Made by a program: the position numbers and the translations under genes. The notes under the pieces are model-generated. The model was not told where the DNA came from and did no database searches. It saw nothing but the letters and a program-made list of their open reading frames with translations. A DNA stretch of 64,000 nucleotides, taken from assembly GCF_045037415.1 (NCBI RefSeq), contig NZ_CP173438.1; one strand, written 5' to 3'. Numbering within the stretch: position 1 is the stretch's first letter; each line of letters starts with the position of its first letter. This document shows, one piece after another, positions 26,340 to 36,803 of this stretch. The DNA comes from Escherichia coli (GTDB taxonomy: Bacteria; Pseudomonadota; Gammaproteobacteria; Enterobacterales; Enterobacteriaceae).

Positions 26340-27101
26340 TTAGAAATCATAACCAAGCATATAAATCATTTGATCGCCAAAGCCATCGTAGCCCAGCTTA
26401 TTATCGAAATAACGCCACGTCACACTGGCTTTCCAGCGAGGATAGAACTTCCAGGCAATAGTTAAACCGCCATTTAACCCGTTCCGGCCAAATTGCTGCT
26501 CCGTGTAAGCATCGTTCCTGTCCAGTTCTATTTCATTCCAGTTAGATAAAACAAATTTTTCGTCAAATAACGTAAATGGTAATACTGCTGTCCAGCCAAC
26601 AACATAACCATTCCAACCATTCGTTTGACCATATTTAGCTGATACGTAGTCACCAGATTGATTATGTAATCCAATATACGGTTTAAAAAAGCCCCACTCG
26701 CCGTTCCAGCCGAGGTAACCGAATCCATAAAACATGTCCAGATCGTCACCCCATGAGTTATCCCATTGGCCATAAATTTTGCCAAAGAATGTCATATCAG
26801 AGTCAAAGAGTCTGACATGCGTCATTACTGAAACCGTATGATTTCGCCCTGCTACAGCATGATTGAGTACATTACTTTCATAAAATGAGTAAAATTCTGC
26901 TTCTTTAAAATTTACCCCAAAATCCGCAGTCACTTTCCATACTTCACCACGGTGAGTGTTTACAAATCCACTATTCCAGTCTGCATAACCCGCATTTATT
27001 GAACCAAAGGTTCCTTTATATTCTAATGAAGAATATGCAGGAAAATGATAGATAGCTGTTATCAGGGTACACGCAATAAGAAGTCGTCTTTTGGCAGACA
27101 T
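26340..27101 (-). CDS. Outer-membrane beta-barrel channel, Tsx/OmpK-like, 253 aa
   Basis: Signal peptide; aromatic-rich alternating pattern; C-terminal ...MLGYDF ending in Phe; general resemblance to the Tsx nucleoside channel family (from memory, not a computed alignment). Confidence 0.6.
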   Translation of the reverse strand: MSAKRRLLIACTLITAIYHFPAYSSLEYKGTFGSINAGYADWNSGFVNTHRGEVWKVTADFGVNFKEAEFYSFYESNVLNHAVAGRNHTVSVMTHVRLFDSDMTFFGKIYGQWDNSWGDDLDMFYGFGYLGWNGEWGFFKPYIGLHNQSGDYVSAKYGQTNGWNGYVVGWTAVLPFTLFDEKFVLSNWNEIELDRNDAYTEQQFGRNGLNGGLTIAWKFYPRWKASVTWRYFDNKLGYDGFGDQMIYMLGYDF

Positions 27102-27611
27102 ATAATATGTTCTCCATTCATTGTTTTTATGATTCCATAGGAATTAATACACCAGACAATTCATTTTTATTAAGAATGACCAGGCCAGTATATTTAAAGA
27201 TGACTATCGAAGCGTGATGAAGATCGCAGATTACTTTTGCGAACGGGCGGAGGGATATCGTGTTTCAGAAAATGTGTCTGTTTTAAATATCACCCTTTGA
27301 TTTATAGGCATTTTTCATGATGAACTTAGCATTGGCTGCTGAACGTATTTCTTTGTCTCTCTATAGTATTACACTAACCTTTAATAATTAATTTCCTTTA
27401 GCCATTCACTTTTGATAGAGGAAAACACCTTTTTTGTGAATCCCTGGATATATTTAAGTTAAATAAATTGATGTATTGAAATATTATTCCGCAAAAATGC
27501 GAGGCGTCTTCAGAAAAAGAATTGATAAAACAGAAGTGAATTAAAAGCGCAGTATAATAGCGGCGGGTGCTTGAGGCTGTCTGTCTCAGGCATTGGCTGA
27601 ACGGCAGATAG

Positions 27612-27666
27612 AGAAAAGCCCCGAGTGATATTTTACCATCAACCCGAGGCCCCCTATATGCAGAAC
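27612..27666 (-). ncRNA. sokC: Predicted Sok-type antisense RNA of the hokC/mokC type I toxin-antitoxin locus
   Basis: Position inferred from the conserved hok/sok architecture (antisense RNA overlapping the mok start); no independent promoter or terminator was verified. Confidence 0.3.
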
Positions 27667-27867
27667 ACATGTAGAGTGCCTCTTACTGACCGAAAGGTCA
27701 AGGAGAAGAGAGCAATGAAGCAGCATAAGGCGATGATTGTCGCCCTGATCGTCATCTGTATCACCGCCGTAGTGGCGGCGCTGGTAACGAGAAAAGACCT
27801 CTGTGAGGTTCACATCCGAACTGGCCAGACGGAGGTTGCTGTTTTCACGGCTTACGAATCCGAGTAA
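27658..27867 (+). CDS. mokC: Mok-type leader reading frame overlapping hokC, 69 aa
   Basis: Frame M-QNTCRVPLTDRKVKEKRA... running into hokC; same 210-nt length as K-12 mokC. Confidence 0.55.
   Translation: MQNTCRVPLTDRKVKEKRAMKQHKAMIVALIVICITAVVAALVTRKDLCEVHIRTGQTEVAVFTAYESE
27715..27867 (+). CDS. hokC: Hok-family membrane toxin, 50 aa
   Basis: MKQHKAMIVALIVICITAVVAALVTRKDLCEVHIRTGQTEVAVFTAYESE, the Hok/Gef toxin sequence. Confidence 0.88.
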   Translation: MKQHKAMIVALIVICITAVVAALVTRKDLCEVHIRTGQTEVAVFTAYESE

Positions 27868-27941
27868 GAGCAACGGCGGGGAGTGATCCCCGCCACTTTA
27901 CAGGTGCTCGCATATCTTCAACGCACCCTTTTTTTTACCTG

Positions 27942-27966
27942 GCCTGCCCACGGGCAGGCTTTTGGG
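27942..27966 (+). terminator. Putative intrinsic terminator after hokC
   Basis: gcctgcc-cacg-ggcaggc hairpin followed by tttt. Confidence 0.45.
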
Positions 27967-27970
27967 GAGG

Positions 27971-29101
27971 TTAGCGAGTCAGGTCGTCGAAAAACTTCTT
28001 CACACCATCAAAGAAGCTCTTTGAGCGCGGGCTGTTGTGCTCGCCGGTTGGGCCACCAAAGCTTTCTTGCAGCTCTTGCAGCAGCTGTTTCTGCTTCTCG
28101 TTCAGGCCTACCGGTGTTTCGACGACAACGCGGCACAGCAAATCACCCTGTGCGCCGCCGCGGACAGACTTGACGCCTTTACCACGCATACGGAACAGCT
28201 TACCGGTCTGGGTTTCGCCAGGAACTTTCAGTTTAACGCGACCATCAAGGGTCGGCACTTCGATTTCGCCGCCCAGCGCCGCCATAGCGAAGTTGATCGG
28301 GACTTCGCAATACAGGTTGTTGCCTTCACGCTCGAAAATCGGGTGCTGTTTAACCTGAACCTGAACGTACAGGTCGCCTGCCGGTGCGCCGTGTTCGCCC
28401 GCTTCACCTTCGCCCGCAAGACGGATGCGGTCTCCAGTGTCCACCCCTGCCGGGATTTTAACGGACAGCGTTTTGCTGCGCTCAACACGACCATGACCAT
28501 GACATTTGTTGCACGGATCTTTGATCAGCGTACCGCGGCCCTGACAGTGTGGACAGGTCTGCTGCACGGCAAAGAAACCCTGGCGCATCTGCACCTGGCC
28601 AGAACCATGACAGGTCGGACAGGTCTGCGGCTGTGTACCTGGTTTTGCACCGCTACCGTGGCAAACGTCACACTCTTCCAGAGTCGGAATGCGGATCTCT
28701 TTGGTCACGCCACGTACAGCTTCTTCGAGGGTGAGCTCCATGTTATAGCGTAAATCAGCACCGCGCGCCGCACGTTGACGACCACGTCCGCCGCCAAAAA
28801 TATCGCCGAAAACGTCACCAAAAATATCGCTGAAGTCTGCGCCGCCGCCAAAACCGCCGCCGCCCATGCCGCCTTGCTCAAACGCAGCATGACCATACTG
28901 ATCGTATGCCGCACGTTTTTGCGAGTCGGTCAGAACTTCATAAGCTTCCTTGATCTCTTTAAATTTCGCCTCGGCCTCTTTGTCACCCTGGTTACGGTCC
29001 GGGTGGTATTTCATGGCCAGGCGTTTGTAGGCCTTTTTGATTTCACGCTCTTCCGCTGTTTTGGAAACGCCTAAAATCTCGTAATAATCTTGCTTAGCCA
29101 T
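27971..29101 (-). CDS. dnaJ: Hsp40 co-chaperone DnaJ, 376 aa
   Basis: [37 protein letters not shown] (J domain, HPD), Gly/Phe-rich region, four CxxCxGxG zinc-finger repeats; the ORF-track start at 29131 is an upstream extension. Confidence 0.96.
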
Positions 29102-29189
29102 CTTTTTTGATTTGCCCCTAGATGAATGCACGGGCGGAGAGGAAATTCCCCTTCGCCCGTGTCAGTATAATTACCCGTTTATAGGGCGA

Positions 29190-31106
29190 TTATTTTTTGT
29201 CTTTGACTTCTTCAAATTCAGCGTCGACAACATCGTCATCTTTCGCGTTGTTTGCAGAAGCATCAGCACCGGCAGTCTGCTGCTGGGCATGTTGCTGCTG
29301 GGCGATTTCCATCAGTTTCTGGGAAACCTGTGCCAGTTCCTGCATTTTCGCTTCGATAGCGGCTTTGTCTTCACCTTTCAGAGCAGTTTCCAGTGCAGTC
29401 AGCGCAGACTCGATAGCAGTTTTGTCGTCAGCCGGCAGTTTGTCGCCTGCTTCTTCAACCTGCTTACGGGTGCTGTGCAGCAGATGGTCGCCCTGGTTGC
29501 GAGTCTGTACCAGCTCTTCAAACTTACGGTCAGCTTCGGCGTTAGCTTCTGCGTCGCGTACCATTTTCTGGATTTCATCTTCGTTCAGACCAGAAGAAGC
29601 CTTGATAGTGATCTTCTGCTCTTTACCGCTGTTTTTGTCTTTCGCGGAAACGTGCAGGATACCGTCAGCATCGATATCGAAGGTAACTTCGATCTGCGGC
29701 ATGCCGCGCGGTGCCGGGTTGATACCATCCAGGTTGAACTGACCCAGAGATTTGTTATCAGCCGCACGTTTACGTTCACCCTGCAGCACATGGATGGTTA
29801 CCGCAGACTGGTTGTCTTCAGCGGTAGAGAACACCTGGCTGTGCTTGGTCGGGATAGTGGTGTTTTTCGCGATCAGCGTGGTCATCACACCGCCCATGGT
29901 TTCGATACCCAGAGACAGCGGGGTAACGTCCAGCAGCAGTACGTCTTTTACGTCACCAGTCAGAACACCACCCTGAACAGCAGCACCGATGGCTACAGCT
30001 TCGTCCGGGTTAACATCTTTACGCGGCTCTTTACCAAAGAATTCAGCAACTTTCTTCTGAACCATTGGCATACGAGTCTGACCACCAACGAGGATAACGT
30101 CGTCGATATCAGATACGGACAGGCCAGCGTCCTGCAGTGCAACTTTCAGCGGCTCAATGGAACGGTTTACCAGATCTTCAACCAGGCTTTCCAGTTTCGC
30201 ACGAGTCACTTTGATGTTCATGTGTTTCGGACCGGTCGCGTCTGCAGTGATGTACGGCAGGTTAACGTCGGTCTGCTGAGCGGAAGACAGTTCGATTTTC
30301 GCTTTTTCTGCCGCTTCTTTCAGGCGCTGCATTGCCAGCGGATCGTTGCGCAGGTCAATGCCCTGATCTTTCTTGAATTCTTCAACCAGATAGTTGATCA
30401 GACGGCTGTCGAAGTCTTCACCACCCAGGTGGGTATCACCGTTGGTTGCCAGAACTTCGAAGGTTTTTTCGCCGTCAACTTCGTCGATTTCGATAATGGA
30501 AATATCGAAAGTACCACCACCCAGGTCATAAACCGCGATAGTACGGTTGCCAGTACCTTTGTCCAGACCGTAAGCCAGCGCAGCTGCGGTCGGTTCGTTG
30601 ATGATACGTTTTACTTCCAGACCAGCGATACGGCCTGCGTCTTTGGTTGCCTGACGCTGAGCATCGTTAAAGTATGCCGGTACGGTAATAACAGCTTCAG
30701 TTACCGGTTCACCCAGGTAATCTTCAGCGGTTTTCTTCATTTTTTTCAGCACTTCAGCAGAGATCTGCGGCGGTGCCATTTTCTGGCCTTTAACTTCGAC
30801 CCATGCGTCGCCGTTATCAGCAGCAATAATTTTGAACGGCATGATGGAAACATCACGCTGTACTTCTTCGTCCTGGAAGCGGCGGCCAATCAGGCGTTTA
30901 ATCGCAAACAGGGTGTTTTGCGGGTTCGTCACTGCCTGACGTTTAGCCGGCTGACCAACCAGAGTTTCACCATCCTGGGTATAGGCAATGATAGAAGGCG
31001 TGGTGCGATCGCCTTCGGCGTTCTCCAGTACACGAGGAGTGGTGCCATCCATAATCGCTACACAAGAGTTGGTAGTACCCAGGTCGATACCAATTATTTT
31101 ACCCAT
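29190..31106 (-). CDS. dnaK: Hsp70 chaperone DnaK, 638 aa
   Basis: [21 protein letters not shown]... full-length Hsp70. Confidence 0.97.
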
Positions 31107-31228
31107 CTAAACGTCTCCACTATATATTCGGTCATCATGTGGTTGTGAGTCTGTAATAGGGGCGAAACGTCTGGTTTCAACTGCCCAATTTCATTTTTTT
31201 GCAGACTCACTCACTGCGGTTGACTACT

Positions 31229-31262
31229 AAATGGGGTCGTAACCCACGTCATCAAGGGGGAG
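31229..31262 (-). promoter_or_regulatory. sigma32 heat-shock promoter of dnaK (P1)
   Basis: Minus-strand reads ccCTTGATGAcgtgggttacgaCCCCATTT, matching the sigma32 -35 CTTGAA / -10 CCCCATnT consensus about 120 nt upstream of dnaK. Confidence 0.6.
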
Positions 31263-31476
31263 ATGCAAAAATTTTTTGTGCTTTTGCGCAGAAATTTCGC
31301 GATATGGCAGGACAAGACGTGAAACTGACAGCAATTTTATTCATATAAAGAATGAATCGCAGCAAGGCATTCATCAAAAAATTGTAATAAAAAGAAAATA
31401 TTACGTGCCTGAAACTTCTCTTTATCAGCGGTAAACTAGTTTCATCCCCTTACCCCTCCCCACCAAGAGAATCCTT

Positions 31477-31881
31477 ATGAAATCCGTTATTACGATTTCC
31501 GCCAGCCTGGCGATTAGCCTGATGCTGTGCTGCACGGCGCAGGCAAACGACCATAAAATCCTCGGCGTCATTGCAATGCCGCGAAACGAAACCAACGATC
31601 TGGCGCTGAAACTTCCTGTTTGTCGCATTGTTAAACGCATACAACTCTCAGCCGACCATGGCGATTTGCAGTTAAGCGGTGCATCGATTTATTTCAAAGC
31701 CACCCGAAGCGCCAGTCAGACCCTGAATATTCCTTCAGAAATAAAAGAAGGGCAAACCACTGACTGGATCAACATTAACAGCGATAACGACAACAAACGC
31801 TGCGTCTCAAAAATCACCTTTTCCGGTCATACAGTGAACTCATCGGATATGGCCACGCTGAAAATTATCGGCGACGACTAA
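31477..31881 (+). CDS. yaaI: Secreted protein of unknown function (DUF2541-like), 134 aa
   Basis: Signal peptide [23 protein letters not shown]; same size and position as K-12 yaaI. Confidence 0.8.
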
Positions 31882-31906
31882 CGCCAGAATATAGAAACCA
31901 CAAAAA

Positions 31907-32620
31907 ATGAATGTTAATTACCTGAATGATTCAGATCTGGATTTTCTCCAGCATTGTAGTGAGGAACAGTTGGCAAATTTCGCCCGGCTGCTCACCCATA
32001 ATGAAAAAGGCAAAACTCGCCTCTCCAGCGTACTGATGCGCAACGAACTGTTTAAATCGATGGAAGGACATCCCGAGCGACACCGCCGCAACTGGCAGCT
32101 GATTGCCGGAGAATTACAGCATTTTGGTGGCGATAGTATCGCCAACAAACTGCGCGGACACGGTAAATTGTATCGCGCCATTTTGCTCGATGTTTCAAAG
32201 CGATTGAAGCTGAAAGCCGACAAAGAGATGTCTACGTTTGAAATTGAGCAACAGTTACTGGAACAATTTCTGCGTAATACCTGGAAGAAAATGGACGAGG
32301 AACATAAGCAGGAGTTTCTGCACGCGGTCGATGCCAGGGTGAATGAGCTGGAAGAGCTGCTGCCGCTGCTGATGAAAGACAAATTATTGGCAAAAGGTGT
32401 GTCGCATTTGCTTTCCAGCCAATTGACCCGCATTTTACGCACCCACGCAGCAATGAGCGTGCTTGGGCATGGTTTGCTGCGCGGCGCGGGTCTGGGAGGC
32501 CCTGTGGGCGCAGCATTAAATGGGGTTAAAGCGGTCAGCGGCAGTGCCTATCGCGTGACAATTCCAGCCGTACTGCAAATCGCCTGCCTGCGCCGGATGG
32601 TTAGCGCCACTCAGGTCTGA
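31907..32620 (+). CDS. yaaW: Uncharacterised protein YaaW (UPF0174), 237 aa
   Basis: Same size and position as K-12 yaaW. Confidence 0.8.
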   Translation: MNVNYLNDSDLDFLQHCSEEQLANFARLLTHNEKGKTRLSSVLMRNELFKSMEGHPERHRRNWQLIAGELQHFGGDSIANKLRGHGKLYRAILLDVSKRLKLKADKEMSTFEIEQQLLEQFLRNTWKKMDEEHKQEFLHAVDARVNELEELLPLLMKDKLLAKGVSHLLSSQLTRILRTHAAMSVLGHGLLRGAGLGGPVGAALNGVKAVSGSAYRVTIPAVLQIACLRRMVSATQV

Positions 32621-32768
32621 TACCGGAAACCGGGGAAAATTTTCATTTTCCCCTCAAAAGATCGTAGACACTGCCCCACTGGCTGATTATTATGCCGCGC
32701 CCTGAAAACACTACAGTTATTCAGGGAAATTATTTCACCATTCATTCGATGATGATTTTTGAGGAATT

Positions 32769-33335
32769 ATGGGCAACACTAAGTTGGCTAATCCGGCACC
32801 GCTGGGCCTGATGGGCTTCGGCATGACCACCATTCTGCTTAACCTGCACAACGTGGGTTATTTTGCTCTGGACGGTATTATTCTTGCCATGGGCATTTTC
32901 TACGGCGGCATCGCGCAAATTTTTGCCGGTCTGCTGGAGTACAAAAAAGGCAACACTTTCGGTTTAACCGCATTCACCTCTTACGGTTCTTTCTGGCTGA
33001 CGCTGGTTGCAATTCTGCTGATGCCGAAACTGGGGCTGACCGATGCGCCAAATGCACAGTTCCTTGGTGTCTACCTGGGTCTGTGGGGCATATTTACGCT
33101 GTTTATGTTCTTCGGCACGCTGAAAGGCGCACGCGTTCTGCAATTCGTTTTCTTTAGCCTGACCGTGCTGTTTGCCCTGCTGGCGATCGGTAACATTGCC
33201 GGTAACGCCGCGATCATCCACTTTGCCGGCTGGATTGGTCTTATCTGCGGTGCCAGCGCAATCTATCTGGCGATGGGTGAAGTGCTGAACGAGCAGTTTG
33301 GTCGCACCGTTCTGCCGATTGGTGAATCCCACTAA
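32769..33335 (+). CDS. satP: Succinate/acetate:proton symporter (GPR1/FUN34/YaaH family), 188 aa
   Basis: MGNTKLANPAPLGLMGFGMTTILLNLHNVGYF... six-helix membrane protein. Confidence 0.92.
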   Translation: MGNTKLANPAPLGLMGFGMTTILLNLHNVGYFALDGIILAMGIFYGGIAQIFAGLLEYKKGNTFGLTAFTSYGSFWLTLVAILLMPKLGLTDAPNAQFLGVYLGLWGIFTLFMFFGTLKGARVLQFVFFSLTVLFALLAIGNIAGNAAIIHFAGWIGLICGASAIYLAMGEVLNEQFGRTVLPIGESH

Positions 33336-33343
33336 TTGTTTTG

Positions 33344-33370
33344 AGATCCCCCCGCTCGGGGGGATTTTTT
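33344..33370 (+). terminator. Intrinsic terminator after satP
   Basis: atccccccg-ctc-ggggggat hairpin followed by ttttttt. Confidence 0.65.
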
Positions 33371-33957
33371 TATTCGCTAACTTCGCGTCTTGCACTCTTC
33401 GGTCTGAATGCTGCAACCACTTCCGGTGCCGTTTCAACGTATGGCCCTTCCAGCAACTGAATGCAGTACGGTACGCTGGCAAAAATACCGTGCACCACAA
33501 CGTTACCCTCAGCGTCCTTCACACCTTCCAGCGTCTCTTTAATAGACTTCGGTTGACCGGGTAAGTTAAGGATCAGCGCCTGTTTGCGAATCACCCCCAC
33601 CTGACGCGAAAGGATCGCAGTTGGTACAAAATGCAGGCTGATCTGGCGCATCTGTTCACCAAAGCCTGGCATCTCGCGGTCCGCTACTGCCAGCGTCGCA
33701 TCGGGCGTTACGTCACGACGCGCCGGGCCAGTTCCGCCCGTGGTAAGCACCAGATGGCAACTCATTTCATCCACCAGCTCACACAACGTTTGCTCGATGA
33801 TCGCCTGCTCATCGGGAATTAAGCGGGTTTCCAGTTCAAACGGCGTGGTTAGCGCCGATGTCAGCCATTCTTCCAGCGCAGGGATGCCTTTATCCTGATA
33901 AACGCCGCTGGATGCGCGATCAGAGATGGAAACTAAGCCAATACGTAAAGTATTCAT
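33370..33957 (-). CDS. mog: Molybdopterin adenylyltransferase Mog, 195 aa
   Basis: MNTLRIGLVSISDRASSGVY..., MoaB/MogA fold GGTG motif (LTTGGTGPARRD). Confidence 0.93.
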   Translation of the reverse strand: MNTLRIGLVSISDRASSGVYQDKGIPALEEWLTSALTTPFELETRLIPDEQAIIEQTLCELVDEMSCHLVLTTGGTGPARRDVTPDATLAVADREMPGFGEQMRQISLHFVPTAILSRQVGVIRKQALILNLPGQPKSIKETLEGVKDAEGNVVVHGIFASVPYCIQLLEGPYVETAPEVVAAFRPKSARREVSE

Positions 33958-34071
33958 CAAGATTTTTCCGTTTAAACAGTCTCGTTAAACAGAATGATAC
34001 ACTGCGAAGGGAGTGACAGACAGGTTTCAGAAGAGGTAGCGTGACCGACTTCCCGGTCACGCTAAGAATGA

Positions 34072-35025
34072 TTACAGCAGATCGCCGATCATTTTTTCCA
34101 GTTTTTCCTGGTCAACAGCAAACTTACGGATACCTTCCGCCAGTTTATCTACTGCCATTGGATCCTGGTTGTGCTGCCACAGGAACTCGGACTCAGTGAT
34201 ACGCGCCGGACGCGCTTTCACTTCACCAGTGTAAGACAGTTTACGTTCGATAGCCCCTTCGCTCTCCGCCAGCTCTTTCAGCAGTGCCGGTGCGATGGTC
34301 AGACGGTCGCAGCCTGCCAGTTCCAGAATTTCGCCGATGTTACGGAAGCTTGCGCCCATAACCACGGTTTCATAACCGTGCTCTTTGTAGTACTGGTAGA
34401 TTTCAGATACAGAAACCACGCCTGGATCTTCTGCCGGAGCGTACTCTTTCTTATCGGTATTCGCTTTGTACCAGTCAAGAATACGGCCAACAAACGGCGA
34501 GATCAGGAACACGCCCGCTTCCGCACAAGCACGAGCCTGAGCGAAGGAGAACAGCAGGGTCAGGTTACAGTTGATGCCTTCTTTTTCCAGCTGTTCCGCA
34601 GCACGGATACCCTGCCAGGTAGAAGCCAGTTTGATCAGAATACGATCGTTGCTAATACCTGCATCGTTGTAGAGTTTGATCAGGCGTTTTGCTTTCGCAA
34701 TTGACGCTTCGGTGTCATAGGAAAGACGCGCATCAACTTCAGTTGAGATACGGCCCGGAACCAGTTTCAGGATTTCCAGACCAATATTTACGGCCAGTTT
34801 GTCGGTCGCGTCCACGATCTGCTGCGCGCGATCGTTGCTCTGCTGTTTCGCCCAGGCGACAGCATCATCAATCAACTTACGGTATTCCGGAATCTGCGCT
34901 GCGTTAAGAATGAGAGAAGGGTTGGTTGTGGCATCCTGCGGTTGATACAGCTTCATTGCCGCGATGTCCCCAGTGTCGGCCACTACGGTGGTGTACTGAC
35001 GAAGGGAGGTCAATTTGTCCGTCAT
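34072..35025 (-). CDS. talB: Transaldolase B, 317 aa
   Basis: [40 protein letters not shown]...; the ORF-track start at 35088 is an upstream extension. Confidence 0.96.
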
Positions 35026-35303
35026 GATAGTATTTCTCTTTAAACAGCTTGTTAGGGGGATGTAACCGGTCTGCCCTGATGATATCACGACGCAACGTCA
35101 GCGCAACCGCCGACAAGACGGTTATCGCCAGGCGAGACTGTTTCGGATTTCTGACACTGCGTTGATATCGCCCGCCATTTTTATACAAAACCTCATGTAT
35201 GCTACGCAGAAGTTATCAAGTACCTCGTAGCGTATATACTTCTTAAACAATTGGTAACGTTTACACAGGAAAGTCATCGCGACCGGCAATAAGAGGGATA
35301 TGC

Positions 35304-36734
35304 ATGCCAGATTTTTTCTCCTTTATTAACAGCGTCCTTTGGGGTTCGGTAATGATTTACCTGCTCTTCGGCGCAGGTTGTTGGTTCACTTTTCGCACCG
35401 GATTTGTGCAGTTTCGCTACATCCGCCAGTTTGGCAAAAGTCTTAAAAATAGCATTCATCCACAGCCAGGCGGTTTAACCTCATTTCAGTCATTGTGTAC
35501 CAGTCTTGCAGCGCGCGTGGGTAGCGGCAACCTGGCCGGCGTTGCGCTGGCAATTACCGCCGGTGGACCTGGAGCCGTCTTCTGGATGTGGGTTGCCGCA
35601 TTTATCGGCATGGCGACCTCGTTTGCCGAATGTTCCCTCGCACAGCTTTATAAAGAACGTGATGCCAATGGGCAGTTTCGTGGCGGACCGGCATGGTATA
35701 TGGCGCGCGGGCTGGGGATGCGCTGGATGGGCGTTCTGTTCGCCGTCTTTTTGCTCATCGCCTACGGCATAATTTTCAGCGGAGTTCAGGCGAACGCCGT
35801 TGCGCGAGCCCTGAGTTTTTCTTTTGATTTTCCCCCGCTGGTGACAGGTATTATTCTCGCTGTCTTTGCTATGCTGGCGATCACTCGCGGTCTTCATGGC
35901 GTCGCCCGGCTCATGCAGGGGTTTGTCCCGTTGATGGCGATAATCTGGGTACTGACCAGCCTGGTGATTTGCGTAATGAATATCGGGCAACTTCCCCACG
36001 TCATTTGGTCTATTTTTGAGAGTGCTTTTGGCTGGCAGGAAGCGGCAGGCGGCGCGGCGGGATATACCTTAAGCCAGGCGATTACTAACGGTTTTCAGCG
36101 CAGTATGTTTTCCAATGAGGCGGGAATGGGGTCGACGCCAAACGCGGCAGCGGCAGCTGCGTCCTGGCCTCCGCATCCGGCAGCGCAAGGAATTGTCCAG
36201 ATGATTGGCATTTTTATCGACACCCTGGTCATCTGTACGGCAAGCGCCATGCTGATATTACTGGCGGGTAACGGCACAACCTACATGCCGCTGGAAGGTA
36301 TTCAGCTTATCCAGAAGGCGATGCGGGTGCTAATGGGTTCCTGGGGTGCGGAGTTTGTTACCCTCGTGGTTATTCTGTTTGCCTTCAGCTCCATCGTTGC
36401 CAACTACATTTATGCCGAAAACAATCTCTTCTTTTTACGCCTGAACACCCCTAAAGCGATCTGGTGTCTGCGGATCTGCACCTTCGCAACGGTCATCGGC
36501 GGCACCTTGCTAAGTCTTCCGCTGATGTGGCAACTGGCAGATATCATTATGGCCTGCATGGCTATTACCAATTTGACCGCCATATTACTGCTCTCGCCTG
36601 TGGTTCATACCATTGCCAGTGATTATCTACGCCAGCGTAAACTCGGCGTGCGCCCGGTGTTTGATCCGTTGCGTTATCCGGAGATCGGTCGCCAGCTTTC
36701 TCCGGACGCGTGGGATGATGTTTCGCAGGAGTAA
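35304..36734 (+). CDS. yaaJ: Alanine/glycine:cation symporter (AGCS) family transporter, 476 aa
   Basis: Full-length polytopic membrane protein of the same size and position as K-12 yaaJ. Confidence 0.9.
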   Translation: MPDFFSFINSVLWGSVMIYLLFGAGCWFTFRTGFVQFRYIRQFGKSLKNSIHPQPGGLTSFQSLCTSLAARVGSGNLAGVALAITAGGPGAVFWMWVAAFIGMATSFAECSLAQLYKERDANGQFRGGPAWYMARGLGMRWMGVLFAVFLLIAYGIIFSGVQANAVARALSFSFDFPPLVTGIILAVFAMLAITRGLHGVARLMQGFVPLMAIIWVLTSLVICVMNIGQLPHVIWSIFESAFGWQEAAGGAAGYTLSQAITNGFQRSMFSNEAGMGSTPNAAAAAASWPPHPAAQGIVQMIGIFIDTLVICTASAMLILLAGNGTTYMPLEGIQLIQKAMRVLMGSWGAEFVTLVVILFAFSSIVANYIYAENNLFFLRLNTPKAIWCLRICTFATVIGGTLLSLPLMWQLADIIMACMAITNLTAILLLSPVVHTIASDYLRQRKLGVRPVFDPLRYPEIGRQLSPDAWDDVSQE

Positions 36735-36803
36735 TCACAACTATCGATCAACTCATTCTCTTTTTTTGCTAAAGTCGGCATAAATTTCCTGCAAGGACTG
36801 GAT

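Noticed and set aside
17186-27657. IS1 (between rpsT and nhaR) and IS186 (between nhaA and hokC) expected from the K-12 map
   Set aside because: No transposase ORFs or IS terminal inverted repeats are present at either site; the positions are filled by intact accessory genes.
27883-28173. 96 aa plus-strand ORF overlapping the 3' end of dnaJ
   Set aside because: Overlaps the conserved dnaJ C-terminus in antisense with no supporting signals; the hokC terminator hairpin lies within it.
29102-29189. dnaK-dnaJ intergenic spacer, reported in K-12 as a candidate small RNA (tpke11)
   Set aside because: Only 88 nt between two co-transcribed genes and no promoter or terminator of its own is visible; more likely just the operon spacer.
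31918-32442. 174 aa ORF antisense to yaaW, at the position of the historically annotated htgA/mbiA
   Set aside because: Entirely embedded antisense in yaaW with no independent signal; htgA is a long-disputed overlapping gene and cannot be supported from sequence alone.
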